Notes: a model not told the origin generated them from the sequence alone. A DNA stretch of 64,000 bases from Gammaproteobacteria bacterium (GCA_021731365.1 JAKFXL010000003.1:69234-133233), one strand, 5' to 3'; counted from the stretch's first letter, positions 1-8,999 are shown. Made by a program: numbers and translations.

Positions 1-29
1 TGGAGTTGTCGGTAAAGGGGTAAGGATTG

Positions 30-512
30 ATGCGCTGCCTGTTCTTATGTGTGCTCTTTTTTTACCAATGTAGTGCACTGGCGGCACCGATGGTTGAACA
101 GGTGCGCGTATTCAAATCAGCACACCAGTTACAACTCATCACCGCGGGCAAGGTCTCTCATACATTCAAAATAGCGCTGGGCAGCCAGCCCATCGGCCAT
201 AAACAGCAAGAGGGTGATGGCAGAACACCGGAAGGACATTACATTCTCGATTACAAAAAAGTGGACAGCGCTTACTACCGCGCCATCCACATCTCCTATC
301 CCAATGACAACGACCGCGCCGCTGCCAACGCCCGTGGCATATCTCCAGGGGGGCTGATCATGATTCACGGGCAGAAAAACGGTCTCGGCTGGCTCTCACC
401 ACTCAGCCAACGTATTGACTGGACGGAGGGTTGTATCGCACTCAGTAACAGCGACATGGAAACTCTGTGGAATCTGGTTGAGGCGGGCACAAAGATCGAA
501 ATACTCCCCTAA
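30..512 (+). CDS. L,D-transpeptidase (YkuD/ErfK family), secreted
   Basis: N-terminal signal-like segment (LFLCVLFFYQCSALA). YkuD catalytic motif: HG...WTEGCIALSN (His/Cys). The ORF track starts at TTG 27; ATG at 30 is more likely. Confidence 0.8.
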   Translation: MRCLFLCVLFFYQCSALAAPMVEQVRVFKSAHQLQLITAGKVSHTFKIALGSQPIGHKQQEGDGRTPEGHYILDYKKVDSAYYRAIHISYPNDNDRAAANARGISPGGLIMIHGQKNGLGWLSPLSQRIDWTEGCIALSNSDMETLWNLVEAGTKIEILP

Positions 513-543
513 CTCACCAGATCGGCCCATTGAAGTCTTGTGC

Positions 544-1692
544 TTAACCCTGCGTCAAACAGAAACTTCCGGCATGGGTCACCCGATTCCGCCCGCCGGC
601 CTTGGCATCGTAGAGCACCTTATCGGCCTGACCGATGAGGTTGTGGCCAGCCCGTGGCTCCAGTTTGCTGTTGGCAGCGCACTTCATGGTGGCAACACCA
701 ATAGAGATGGTGACATTGAAGGGCGGGAACTCATCGGTTTTAAAGATGTGGTCGGCGATACTGCGACGGATACGCTCCGCCACCTCCACCGCCTCCTCAC
801 CGCCGGTATTGGCCAGCAGGGTACTGAACTCCTCACCGCCGTAACGTGACAATACGTCACTGCCACGCAACTGGGTACGGATCAGCGCCGCCACTTCGCG
901 CAGCACCAGATCTCCCACCTGATGGCCATAGGTATCGTTGACCTTTTTGAAGTGGTCGACATCCAGCAACATGCAGGAGAGTGGTTTGCCGGAGCGGCCA
1001 GCTGATTCCACCTCCTCCTTCATGCGTTGATCAAAGAAGCGGCGATTGTTAATAGAGGTCAGGGTATCGGTCAGCCCCTGACGTTTCAGCCGCTCCAGAT
1101 TGATGCCATTTTCGATACAGATGGCAACAACCGCAACAAAGTGTTCAAGAAAATCGGTCCGCACACCCCGCACAAAACGGTCGGCGTCGTAGCTACCGAT
1201 ATTCAGGCTGCCAATCAGGCGGCCATAACGGACCAACGGCAGTAGGGCGATGCTGGCCGGTTTTTTACGGGCGTGGGAGAAGAGTTTGGCGTGTTTGGTG
1301 GCGCGATAGTCGCCTAACAGGGGAAATAACGAGGCGTTGTAGAGCTCGTGCATCTCTTTCAGGCTGGTGGCAAAAATCAGCTCCGGGACATTATCAAACG
1401 CCACCCCCTCATCGTCCAGGATCCGTTTTACCTCATACTCAGGGTCAAACAGCAGCAGGCTGACCTCGTCCCAGCTCACGGTGGAGGCATCAGGGAGAAT
1501 AATCGCCTCCACCAGCTCACGCAGTGAGTTCAGACTCACCAGCTTCAGCTCCAGCGCCTGAAAGCGGCGTAGTTTGTATTCGTTATTACGCGCCTCTGCC
1601 ATAAAATCGGAGAGACGCTGCTTGAGCAGGCGATTGTACGCCTGAAGCTCTTTGCTCATACCTTCGTGCGAATGATCAATTGCTGCCAACAT
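544..1692 (-). CDS. Diguanylate cyclase (GGDEF) with N-terminal GAF/DUF484-like sensor region
   Basis: Intact active site RYGGEEF, preceded by an RxxD I-site (RGSD) five residues upstream. HFKKVNDTYGH motif typical of GGDEF domains. Confidence 0.85.
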   Translation of the reverse strand: MLAAIDHSHEGMSKELQAYNRLLKQRLSDFMAEARNNEYKLRRFQALELKLVSLNSLRELVEAIILPDASTVSWDEVSLLLFDPEYEVKRILDDEGVAFDNVPELIFATSLKEMHELYNASLFPLLGDYRATKHAKLFSHARKKPASIALLPLVRYGRLIGSLNIGSYDADRFVRGVRTDFLEHFVAVVAICIENGINLERLKRQGLTDTLTSINNRRFFDQRMKEEVESAGRSGKPLSCMLLDVDHFKKVNDTYGHQVGDLVLREVAALIRTQLRGSDVLSRYGGEEFSTLLANTGGEEAVEVAERIRRSIADHIFKTDEFPPFNVTISIGVATMKCAANSKLEPRAGHNLIGQADKVLYDAKAGGRNRVTHAGSFCLTQG

Positions 1693-1933
1693 TGACTGCC
1701 CCCACCCCTGACGAGAATCAGAACGTCACAGGACCGATGTTGCAAAACAGTTACCTCTTGCCACGATCCCGTCTGTACTACCAACATGACGCTTCCCACG
1801 GGATTATTAACGGGCAAGGCGGTGACTCCTTTAGCGGCAAAGCAATAATTGTAGTTAAATATGTTGTGCCAAACTGTGACCCGGTTCACCAAATCACACA
1901 TCAATGGAGAGTCCATGGGTATAATCGCCGGCC

Positions 1934-3958
1934 ATGGAACTGACCTATCTACAGCCGCTGTTTGACTGGATTGCCCAACACCCGCACTGGGCCGGATTCA
2001 TTGTCTTTTTAATCGCGTTTACGGAGTCACTGGCCATCGTCGGCCTGTTTATCCCCGGCGCGGTGCTGATGCTGGCGGTGGGGGCCTTGATCGGTACGGG
2101 CACTCTCACCTTCTGGCCGACCTTCTGCTGGGCCGTGGCGGGGGCGGTGGCCGCGGATGGCATCAGCTTCTGGCTGGGCCACCACTACAAACAGCGGCTA
2201 CGTACGCTCTGGCCCTTTAGCCGTTATCCGGCACTGCTCGACCATGGCGAGCGGTTTCTCGCCCAACATGGTGGTAAAAGTGTGCTGTTTGGTCGCTTTT
2301 TTGGTCCGGCACGCGCCATTGTGCCGGTCAGTGCCGGCATCATGGGCATGCCGGCGGGCCGCTTTCTCTTTGCCAATATCGCCTCCGCCCTGGTCTGGGC
2401 ACCGGCCTTTTTACTGCCGGGCATGGCCTTTGGTGCCTCACTCAATCTGGCGGCAGAGATAGCCTCACGGCTGGCACTGCTGCTAGTCAGTATTATTGTG
2501 CTAATCTGGCTCAGCCTCTGGTGTGGCAGACGTCTCTACATGTTGCTCGCCCCTCACGCCACCGAGATGGGTGAACGGTTGACACAGTGGGGACGCCAAC
2601 ACCCCAGATGGGGACGGATCAGCACCATCCTGCTGGATCCACAACAGCCCGAAACCAAGGCGCTCACCCTTGTGGCGCTGATACTGGTGGCACTTGCGTG
2701 GCTGATGCTGACGCTGTTTGAACAGTTCAGTATCACCGCCCGCCTCGCCCGCCTCGACCACAGCACCTACCAGCTACTGCAAGGGCTGCGCTCACCGTGG
2801 GGCGATCAGCTTATGACCGTTGTTTCGCAACTGGGTGATGGCACTGTGCAGGCGGCGCTGGTGATAATGCTCGCCCTCTGGCTGCTATGGCAGCAGCGCT
2901 GGCTGGCCGCCGGCCACTGGCTGGCGGCGGCACTGTTTGCCACCCTGGCCAGCTGGATGCTCAAACAGAGTTTGCAGCTACCACGGCCACAACCGCTCTA
3001 CGACGGTGCCATGAGCTTCAGTTTTCCCAGCGCCCACACCCTGTTGGCCGCTGCACTCTACGGTTTTCTCTCAATACTGGTTGCCCGTGAGCTGCCACCA
3101 CGCTGGCGCTGGTTGAGTTATACCAGCGCCTGGACCCTCATCCTCAGCATCGCCTTTTCACGGCTCTATCTGGGGGCGCACTGGCTCTCCGATGTAGTGG
3201 GTGGCATTGTCCTGGGGTTGATCTGGGCCGCCGCACTGGGTGTCGCCTATCGCCACCACCTGGCCCCCCGGATACCGCTCGCCGGGCTGCTGGGCGTGCC
3301 ACTGCTCACACTGACCATTGTCGGTAGCTGGCATGTCGTACAGAGCCATGAGATGAATCTGGCCCGATACGCACCCCACTACATCACCCAATCCACCACC
3401 CATGGGCAGTGGCTGGCCAGCGACTGGCAGCGCTTGCCCAGCCACCGCATCGATATCCGTGGTGTCGAAAAACAGCCCCTCAATCTGCAGTGGTCCGGCA
3501 CATTGGCAGAGTTGCAACAACATCTAGGTGAACTTGGCTGGCAGCAGGAGCTGCCACTCACCTTTAAAAGTGCCATGCAGTGGCTCAATCCCAACGCGAC
3601 CCTGGCAGAACTCCCGCAACCACCGTTGGCACACGACGGGCGCACACCGGCTTTGGTCATGGTATTGCCAGAACAGAAGCTGCTATTACGCCTCTGGCCA
3701 TCCATACTCACACTTGAGGGGCAGCCACACACTATATGGATTGGTCACGTTGGGCGCGAAAGCCTGACAGAGTTGCCGCTGATTCGGTTTCCCAGCCTGG
3801 GCAGCGACTTTGATACACCGCTGCAGCAGTTCAAACCGTTCGTGGCAACCGCCCACTGGCAGCTCAAACAGCGCCCCATGAACGGCAACAGCAGATCACT
3901 CTGGCACGGCGAGGTGCTGCTGCTCTGGTCTAACAACTATATAGAAGGTGTGCCGTGA
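1934..3958 (+). CDS. Fusion protein: DedA/SNARE-associated membrane domain + PAP2 lipid phosphatase + C-terminal soluble domain
   Basis: N-terminal DedA-like pattern (FTESLAIVGLFIPG...LFGRFFGPARAIVP). Central PAP2 motifs (SFPSAHT ... SRLYLGAHWLSDVVGG). Multiple transmembrane segments. Confidence 0.8.
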   Translation: MELTYLQPLFDWIAQHPHWAGFIVFLIAFTESLAIVGLFIPGAVLMLAVGALIGTGTLTFWPTFCWAVAGAVAADGISFWLGHHYKQRLRTLWPFSRYPALLDHGERFLAQHGGKSVLFGRFFGPARAIVPVSAGIMGMPAGRFLFANIASALVWAPAFLLPGMAFGASLNLAAEIASRLALLLVSIIVLIWLSLWCGRRLYMLLAPHATEMGERLTQWGRQHPRWGRISTILLDPQQPETKALTLVALILVALAWLMLTLFEQFSITARLARLDHSTYQLLQGLRSPWGDQLMTVVSQLGDGTVQAALVIMLALWLLWQQRWLAAGHWLAAALFATLASWMLKQSLQLPRPQPLYDGAMSFSFPSAHTLLAAALYGFLSILVARELPPRWRWLSYTSAWTLILSIAFSRLYLGAHWLSDVVGGIVLGLIWAAALGVAYRHHLAPRIPLAGLLGVPLLTLTIVGSWHVVQSHEMNLARYAPHYITQSTTHGQWLASDWQRLPSHRIDIRGVEKQPLNLQWSGTLAELQQHLGELGWQQELPLTFKSAMQWLNPNATLAELPQPPLAHDGRTPALVMVLPEQKLLLRLWPSILTLEGQPHTIWIGHVGRESLTELPLIRFPSLGSDFDTPLQQFKPFVATAHWQLKQRPMNGNSRSLWHGEVLLLWSNNYIEGVP

Positions 3959-4311
3959 AAAACCGCGGTTTTATCGCCCGCCTCGGCTACGCACTGGCCG
4001 GTTTACAGGCGGCATGGCAGCAAGAGAGGAGTTTTCGTACCCAGAGTGGCTGTGCAGTTGCAGCCTTGGTCCTGCTGCTGCTATTGCGCCCCGCGCCACT
4101 CTGGTGGGCGCTGACAGGCATTATGGTAACGCTGGTGCTTGCTGCCGAGCTGATCAACACCGCCCTCGAGCAACTCGCCGACCATCTGCACCCCGAGCAG
4201 CACCCCAACATCAAACTGGTCAAAGATTGTGCCGCCGCTGCCGTGCTGCTGCTCAGCCTGGGGGCACTATGGCTGGCGGTTATCATGGTGATTGATTATG
4301 TTCAGCCGTAA
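3955..4311 (+). CDS. dgkA: Diacylglycerol kinase
   Basis: 118 aa, three transmembrane segments. DgkA-like motifs (FRTQ..., AELINTALEQLADHLHPEQHPNIKLVKDCAAAAVLL). GTG start overlaps the upstream stop (GTGA). Confidence 0.85.
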   Translation: MKNRGFIARLGYALAGLQAAWQQERSFRTQSGCAVAALVLLLLLRPAPLWWALTGIMVTLVLAAELINTALEQLADHLHPEQHPNIKLVKDCAAAAVLLLSLGALWLAVIMVIDYVQP

Positions 4312-4316
4312 CAGAC

Positions 4317-5366
4317 TCACGACTCCACCTCAAAACCACCCAGCACCCACTGCGGCATACCCGAATGGCCCACACAGACCAGATTGTTCAGCCCCATAAT
4401 GGAGAGGTTGGCAAAGGCCGTTTGGGCACGACGCCCGGAACGGCAGTAGAGATAGACCCGCTTATATTGTTTCAACTCATCCGCAGACTGCCCCTCCGTG
4501 CCAAACGGAATATTACGACTGCCCGGCACATGGCCAATCTCATACTCCTCCGGGGTGCGGTTATCCACAATCAACTCATCCTCACCCAGGTTGTGCCAAG
4601 CCTTGTAAAGATCTGACATCGAAAACTCTTCATGCAGATAACGCTTGGGGTCAAAGCTGATGCCCGATGCCAGATTGGCGGGCACGGCCTCGTTGATCTT
4701 TTTTGGTAGATCGAGATCAAGGTTGTTCATCAGCTCAACAAACGCCTCACGACTCTGGCCATTGCCCAACCGTGGGTTCCAGCGCTTCTCCTCACCAATC
4801 GTTGAACAGCCACGGCCGTTGTAATCGTGTGCCGGGTAGAGCCGGGTTGCATCGGGCAGCGTAAACAGCTTTTGGGTCACGCTGCTATAGAGCGTATCGG
4901 CGCTACCCTGCTGAAAATCGGTACGGCCACAGCCGTGAATCAACAAGGCATCACCACTGAAGAGCATGCCATCAACGTAATAGCTCACACAGCCATCAGT
5001 ATGGCCGGGGGTCGCAATCACCTTGATTTTGTACTGGCCAAACTTTAGCTCGCTGCCATCCTCGGCTGCCACATCAATCGCCTGCACACCCGCCGCCGCG
5101 CCATAGACGATCTTTGCCCCAGTCTGCTGTCGGATCATGCCCGCCGCCGTCACATGGTCCGCATGGACGTGGGTCTCCAGCACATAGAGCAGCTCAACAC
5201 CCAGCTCACGAATCAGCCCCAGGTCACGCTCCAGCTGTTCACGTACCGGATCAATCAGCACCCCCTGCCGAGTGGCCGGATCAATCAGCAGATAGGTATA
5301 CGTCCAGGTATCACGATCAGAAAGCTGGCGCACCACCAACGTTGGACGGGTAATCTCTAATGACAT
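4317..5366 (-). CDS. Persulfide dioxygenase (MBL fold, ETHE1-like) fused to a rhodanese domain
   Basis: Metallo-beta-lactamase motif THVHADH plus GHTDG. C-terminal rhodanese active-site loop CRSGRR (YLYCRSGRRAQ). Confidence 0.8.
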   Translation of the reverse strand: MSLEITRPTLVVRQLSDRDTWTYTYLLIDPATRQGVLIDPVREQLERDLGLIRELGVELLYVLETHVHADHVTAAGMIRQQTGAKIVYGAAAGVQAIDVAAEDGSELKFGQYKIKVIATPGHTDGCVSYYVDGMLFSGDALLIHGCGRTDFQQGSADTLYSSVTQKLFTLPDATRLYPAHDYNGRGCSTIGEEKRWNPRLGNGQSREAFVELMNNLDLDLPKKINEAVPANLASGISFDPKRYLHEEFSMSDLYKAWHNLGEDELIVDNRTPEEYEIGHVPGSRNIPFGTEGQSADELKQYKRVYLYCRSGRRAQTAFANLSIMGLNNLVCVGHSGMPQWVLGGFEVES

Positions 5367-5634
5367 AAAAAGCTCCTGGCCAGCAAAATTTCAGATAAAA
5401 AACTAATGTTCCGGTGATTATCGCACGATACAGAAAAGCGGTTTAGTGCATCAACGTGTTGCAAAGTGGCTCAGCAGCGCCTCATGAAAGTGCAGCTCCC
5501 CCCACAACAACCGCCCCTTCACCGCCATGGAAACACAATAGAGCCAAATATCATCACCTTAACGCAGGCGCAACAGGCTGGCATGTTAATTGATGTACAA
5601 CAACAGCAACCCACATCAAACGGGAGATAGGAAG

Positions 5635-5802
5635 ATGAACAACAACGTCAACTTTAACGGCTTTATTGACCCCTACCAGGAAGGGGAGTCACCCGAGGCA
5701 ACCAATGGTGCGGCCACCAATACCGCCCACATCGCCCCCCCTTATCGCCCCGGCGTGCTGTTTGATATCGCAGATGAACGCGATATTGAGGTCAGTGAAT
5801 AG
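5635..5802 (+). CDS. Small hypothetical protein (55 aa)
   Basis: ATG at 5635 is preceded by the purine-rich GGGAGATAGGAAG. No recognisable domain; coding status uncertain. Confidence 0.25.
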   Translation: MNNNVNFNGFIDPYQEGESPEATNGAATNTAHIAPPYRPGVLFDIADERDIEVSE

Positions 5803-5818
5803 CTATAACAGAAAATAC

Positions 5819-6544
5819 TCAAGGGTTGTTGTCGTTATAAAGATCAACACACCGCTGGCAGACACAGGCACGCATCCGTAACGCCGCCGGGATCCGCTCC
5901 AGCAACCCTTGAGGAATATTGACCACCTGACACCAACAGCTGTTACAGCCCACATCATCCACACGCGGGCAACGGTTGGCCTCACCACACAACGGGCAGC
6001 AACCTGCATCCAGCGCCACATTCAAAAACTGCACACAGATAAACTCCGCCACCGCCGCCACATCATTAATATCCAACAGTGGCAACGTTGTCACCAATGC
6101 ACCCTCTGTTGCCACCGCAATCACATATTTATCATCGGGGAAAATCAGCGGTTTGCCTAATGCCGCACGGTGCAACTCAATCTTCGGAATCGGCTCATGA
6201 CGAAACCCCTCCACCAATATCAGATCCAGCACACTCATATCCAACTGCTGCAACAACAGCCGTAAAGAGGGGTCAGCCGCACCCTCATCAAACTCTGTCA
6301 CCAAGGCCGAACGTTTTTGGGACGCCACCAACGTCTGCTGCGCCCCCGCCTGACGCAGGCGAAAGCTATCTTTACCCGGCAAATCAATATCAAAATCGTG
6401 ATGGGCATGTTTCACCACCGCCAACCGCACACCACGACGTCTCAATATCGGAATCAACTGCTCCAGCAGCGTGGTTTTTCCCGTGCCACTATAAGCAGCA
6501 AAACCAAGCAACGGCACTATCGACTTCATCTCATCACCACTCAT
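5819..6544 (-). CDS. mobB: Molybdopterin-guanine dinucleotide biosynthesis adaptor MobB fused to a C-terminal cysteine-rich (CWC-type) domain
   Basis: P-loop GFAAYSGTGKTTL followed by VVKHAHHDFDIDLPGKDS (MobB signature). C-terminal ~60 aa CPLCGEANRC...CNSCWCQ...CVCQRC. ATGA overlap with the upstream gene. Confidence 0.8.
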   Translation of the reverse strand: MSGDEMKSIVPLLGFAAYSGTGKTTLLEQLIPILRRRGVRLAVVKHAHHDFDIDLPGKDSFRLRQAGAQQTLVASQKRSALVTEFDEGAADPSLRLLLQQLDMSVLDLILVEGFRHEPIPKIELHRAALGKPLIFPDDKYVIAVATEGALVTTLPLLDINDVAAVAEFICVQFLNVALDAGCCPLCGEANRCPRVDDVGCNSCWCQVVNIPQGLLERIPAALRMRACVCQRCVDLYNDNNP

Positions 6545-6894
6545 GCCATCAACTTCGCTCTAAAAATAAAAAAGACCGCCCCCATCAAACACAGCCCAGC
6601 CCAAAAATAGTCCATCGTCAACTTCTCCTTCATATAAAAAAGTGCAAAAGGCACAAAGACCAGCAGCGTAATCACCTCCTGCATAATCTTCAGCTGACCA
6701 ATCGTCATCACCTCATAACCAATACGATTGGCAGGCACCTGCAACATATACTCAAACAGGGCAATGCCCCAGCTCACCATCGCCGCAATGATCCAAGGCT
6801 TGTCCGACAGATTTTTAAGATGGGCATACCAGGCAAAGGTCATAAAGATATTGCTGCAAATCAACAGCCCTGCGGTCACCAGATAGGGATTCAT
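6541..6894 (-). CDS. DMT-superfamily small membrane protein (DUF486-like)
   Basis: 117 aa, four hydrophobic helices. The N-terminus MNPYLVTAGLLICSNIFMTFAWYAHLK resembles the DUF486/DMT half-transporter family. Confidence 0.65.
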   Translation of the reverse strand: MNPYLVTAGLLICSNIFMTFAWYAHLKNLSDKPWIIAAMVSWGIALFEYMLQVPANRIGYEVMTIGQLKIMQEVITLLVFVPFALFYMKEKLTMDYFWAGLCLMGAVFFIFRAKLMA

Positions 6895-7010
6895 TCAACA
6901 GGCCTCGTTCAACGCCTTACCAGCATGGCAAGAGATTATGCGAGTGGCAACACCATTAAACAACATCGGGAGCCAGCAGGAACGGTCGGCGATAGCACAA
7001 ACCATAAAAT

Positions 7011-7044
7011 GTAGGGTGGGCACGCTTTTCGTGCCCACCAAGCC
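7011..7044. repeat. REP-like palindromic element, family A (GTAGGGTGGGC...GCCCACCAAGC)
   Basis: Perfect 10-bp inverted repeat: ggtgggcacg (7015-7024) / cgtgcccacc (7030-7039), 5-nt loop. The same flanking words recur at 20971-20997. Confidence 0.75.
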
Positions 7045-7117
7045 TTGCGCAGCAACACAAAACCGGTTTTAAATCCAACGACTCAGCAGCCTCAATCAAC
7101 CATGTGGTGAACGCCAA

Positions 7118-7150
7118 AATGTCGGGTTACGCTACGCTAACCCGACCTAC
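7118..7150. repeat. REP-like palindromic element, family B (GTCGGGTTA-N8-TAACCCGAC)
   Basis: Perfect 9-bp inverted repeat: gtcgggtta (7121-7129) / taacccgac (7138-7146), followed by ctac. Intergenic. Confidence 0.7.
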
Positions 7151-7183
7151 GCGATTTTTTTGTTATATCTCGGCTTTAGAACG

Positions 7184-8905
7184 CTATCCTTTTCGCTTCT
7201 TTTTAAGTGATCTATTGATCGAATCTACCAGCTTGTAAAACTCCACATAACCGTCTGTCCCTGGTTTATACGTTTTAAAAAAAGCATCTTGTTTAAAGCG
7301 CTTTAGTTTCTGTTTAGCATCCTTGTTTCCTTCATCTGAGCTAGAGGCTAAGTCAAAAACATCTGGATGAACAGAAGCAACATCTGAGGTTATTTGTGAT
7401 GGCAAAAGTCCTTCAATATTTTTCTTACCACCAATTGCCAGGCCGATAGAAAAGAAATCCTCATTCCTTTTCAGGCCAAGATTTTCAAGTTTCTTCGAGA
7501 CCTTTCCATCTACATCAAGGTCAAACGTGATAATCACCCGACTGAATCGCTCCAATATAAATTTCATCATAACGTCGTTCGAGAAAAAACCGTCGCCGCC
7601 ATAAGAGAAAACAGCCCCTTTCAGGTCAAGTTGTTTTTCTCCATGCTCTGGCTTCTGTAAGTGTTCAAAGTAATCTTTATCTATTTCACCCTCGACAAGT
7701 ATCAGCTCATCAGCGTCGGCAAATAGAATTGCGCGCCATGGCCCAAACGAATCTGCCGTTACGCCCAAAGCCATGGCAAATGGGCGCATCCAATCGCCGC
7801 CAGCGGTATCTTCTAGCTGAGTCTCCAATGCGCGGCCGCGTTCTGTTCGCCGAGTGAGAAGAATATTCGCATCAGGGCGCTCAACGCTCAGCATGTGTGG
7901 ACTGTGTGTTGTGGCAATAACCTGAACTTCGAATTCTTTTGAAAGATCGCGAAGGAGTATACCGAACTCAGCTTGTGCAGACGGATGTAAGAAGCTTTCT
8001 GGCTCTTCGATAACGATGATAGGAGTAATCCGATTAGACTCAGTTCCGGCTTCTCGTATCTTTTTTGCCCTGAGCAATGCCAAGAGAATGTGGGTTCTAT
8101 TCTGTGTACCACTTCCCCAATCATCTAGTGGCACATCCTCCTTCTTATCACCAAGAGATAATTGAAATGGAAAATTTTCAACGTCAAAACTTGGTATAGA
8201 TATTCCCACCTCATACTTTTCATCAAGCCTTCCAAGCATTTCACCTATTTCAAGTTTATGTTTAGCAGCAACTGCGTTGAGTCGTTTAAATAACTGATCT
8301 TTAGCGGTCTTTATTTTTTCACGATCTTCATCTGTTAGTGATCCAAAAAATGACACAGCCCTCGGGTTTAGTGCGTATGGATGCTTTGGCTGGGTAGAGT
8401 TGTGGAATACGAAAGCATTCGAGGTTTTTAATTTTTTGTGAATCTCTTGAACCTTGTATTCATCATTAATAATCTCTCCATGGCATGTCAATCTGTAGAT
8501 TGGCTCAATAGATTTATTGTTGAATGTAAGAGAGAATTCCAAAACAATGTCATCTTCCTCGCATGTGAATGACAGAAATGTTTGCACGAATCTGAAAAGC
8601 CCCTCATCACGGAGCTTATGTACACGTACTCGCATTGAGAATTCAATTGGTAGTCGCACTTCATCCTGTCTTTTCCATAATGGATAGTCAGATTTGTGTG
8701 ATACGGATGTGGCCTCTGTATCAAATGGATCGTAGCCATCATCCTCAACAAAAAATGCACGCATTACTTTCAATAAGTTCGATTTTCCTGCGTTGTTTTT
8801 CCCTGATATTGCAGAATAGTAATCTGGAAAGATAATTGAGCAATCAGCAAGAGTTCGATAGTTTTTTACGGAAATGTGTTCAATGCGCATAGCGTTATTT
8901 GACAA
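7184..8905 (-). CDS. OLD-family ATP-dependent endonuclease (ABC-type ATPase + Toprim), stand-alone
   Basis: Walker A GKNNAGKS, Walker B IIVIEEPESFLHP, GSGTQ signature-like motif, ATTHSPHML H-loop. C-terminal Toprim-like LILVEGEIDKDYF and FDLDVDG (DxD). AT-rich relative to the flanks. Confidence 0.75.
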   Translation of the reverse strand: MSNNAMRIEHISVKNYRTLADCSIIFPDYYSAISGKNNAGKSNLLKVMRAFFVEDDGYDPFDTEATSVSHKSDYPLWKRQDEVRLPIEFSMRVRVHKLRDEGLFRFVQTFLSFTCEEDDIVLEFSLTFNNKSIEPIYRLTCHGEIINDEYKVQEIHKKLKTSNAFVFHNSTQPKHPYALNPRAVSFFGSLTDEDREKIKTAKDQLFKRLNAVAAKHKLEIGEMLGRLDEKYEVGISIPSFDVENFPFQLSLGDKKEDVPLDDWGSGTQNRTHILLALLRAKKIREAGTESNRITPIIVIEEPESFLHPSAQAEFGILLRDLSKEFEVQVIATTHSPHMLSVERPDANILLTRRTERGRALETQLEDTAGGDWMRPFAMALGVTADSFGPWRAILFADADELILVEGEIDKDYFEHLQKPEHGEKQLDLKGAVFSYGGDGFFSNDVMMKFILERFSRVIITFDLDVDGKVSKKLENLGLKRNEDFFSIGLAIGGKKNIEGLLPSQITSDVASVHPDVFDLASSSDEGNKDAKQKLKRFKQDAFFKTYKPGTDGYVEFYKLVDSINRSLKKKRKG

Positions 8906-8940
8906 CCTTATTGGGCAGAATTAGCAAGTAGCCTGGAAGC

Positions 8941-8999
8941 AGCGTAGCGAATTCCGGGGAGCGTCTCCCGGATTGCACTTCGTTTCATCCGGGCTACCC
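8941..8999. repeat. REP-like palindromic element, family C (CCCGGAT-N13-ATCCGGG, with an adjacent imperfect hairpin)
   Basis: Perfect 7-bp inverted repeat: cccggat (8967-8973) / atccggg (8987-8993). Preceded by an imperfect ccgggga/tctcccgg hairpin. Intergenic. Confidence 0.65.

Noticed and set aside
6079-7014. 311-aa plus-strand ORF rich in P/H/Q/T
   Set aside because: It is antisense to mobB and the DMT gene. The composition is low-complexity and it has no start context.
7184-8905. Calling the OLD-like gene a Gabija (GajA) or two-gene PARIS system
   Set aside because: There is no adjacent UvrD-like helicase (GajB) and no separate DUF4435 gene. Only a single ORF lies between the REP clusters, so it is reported as a stand-alone OLD-family gene.
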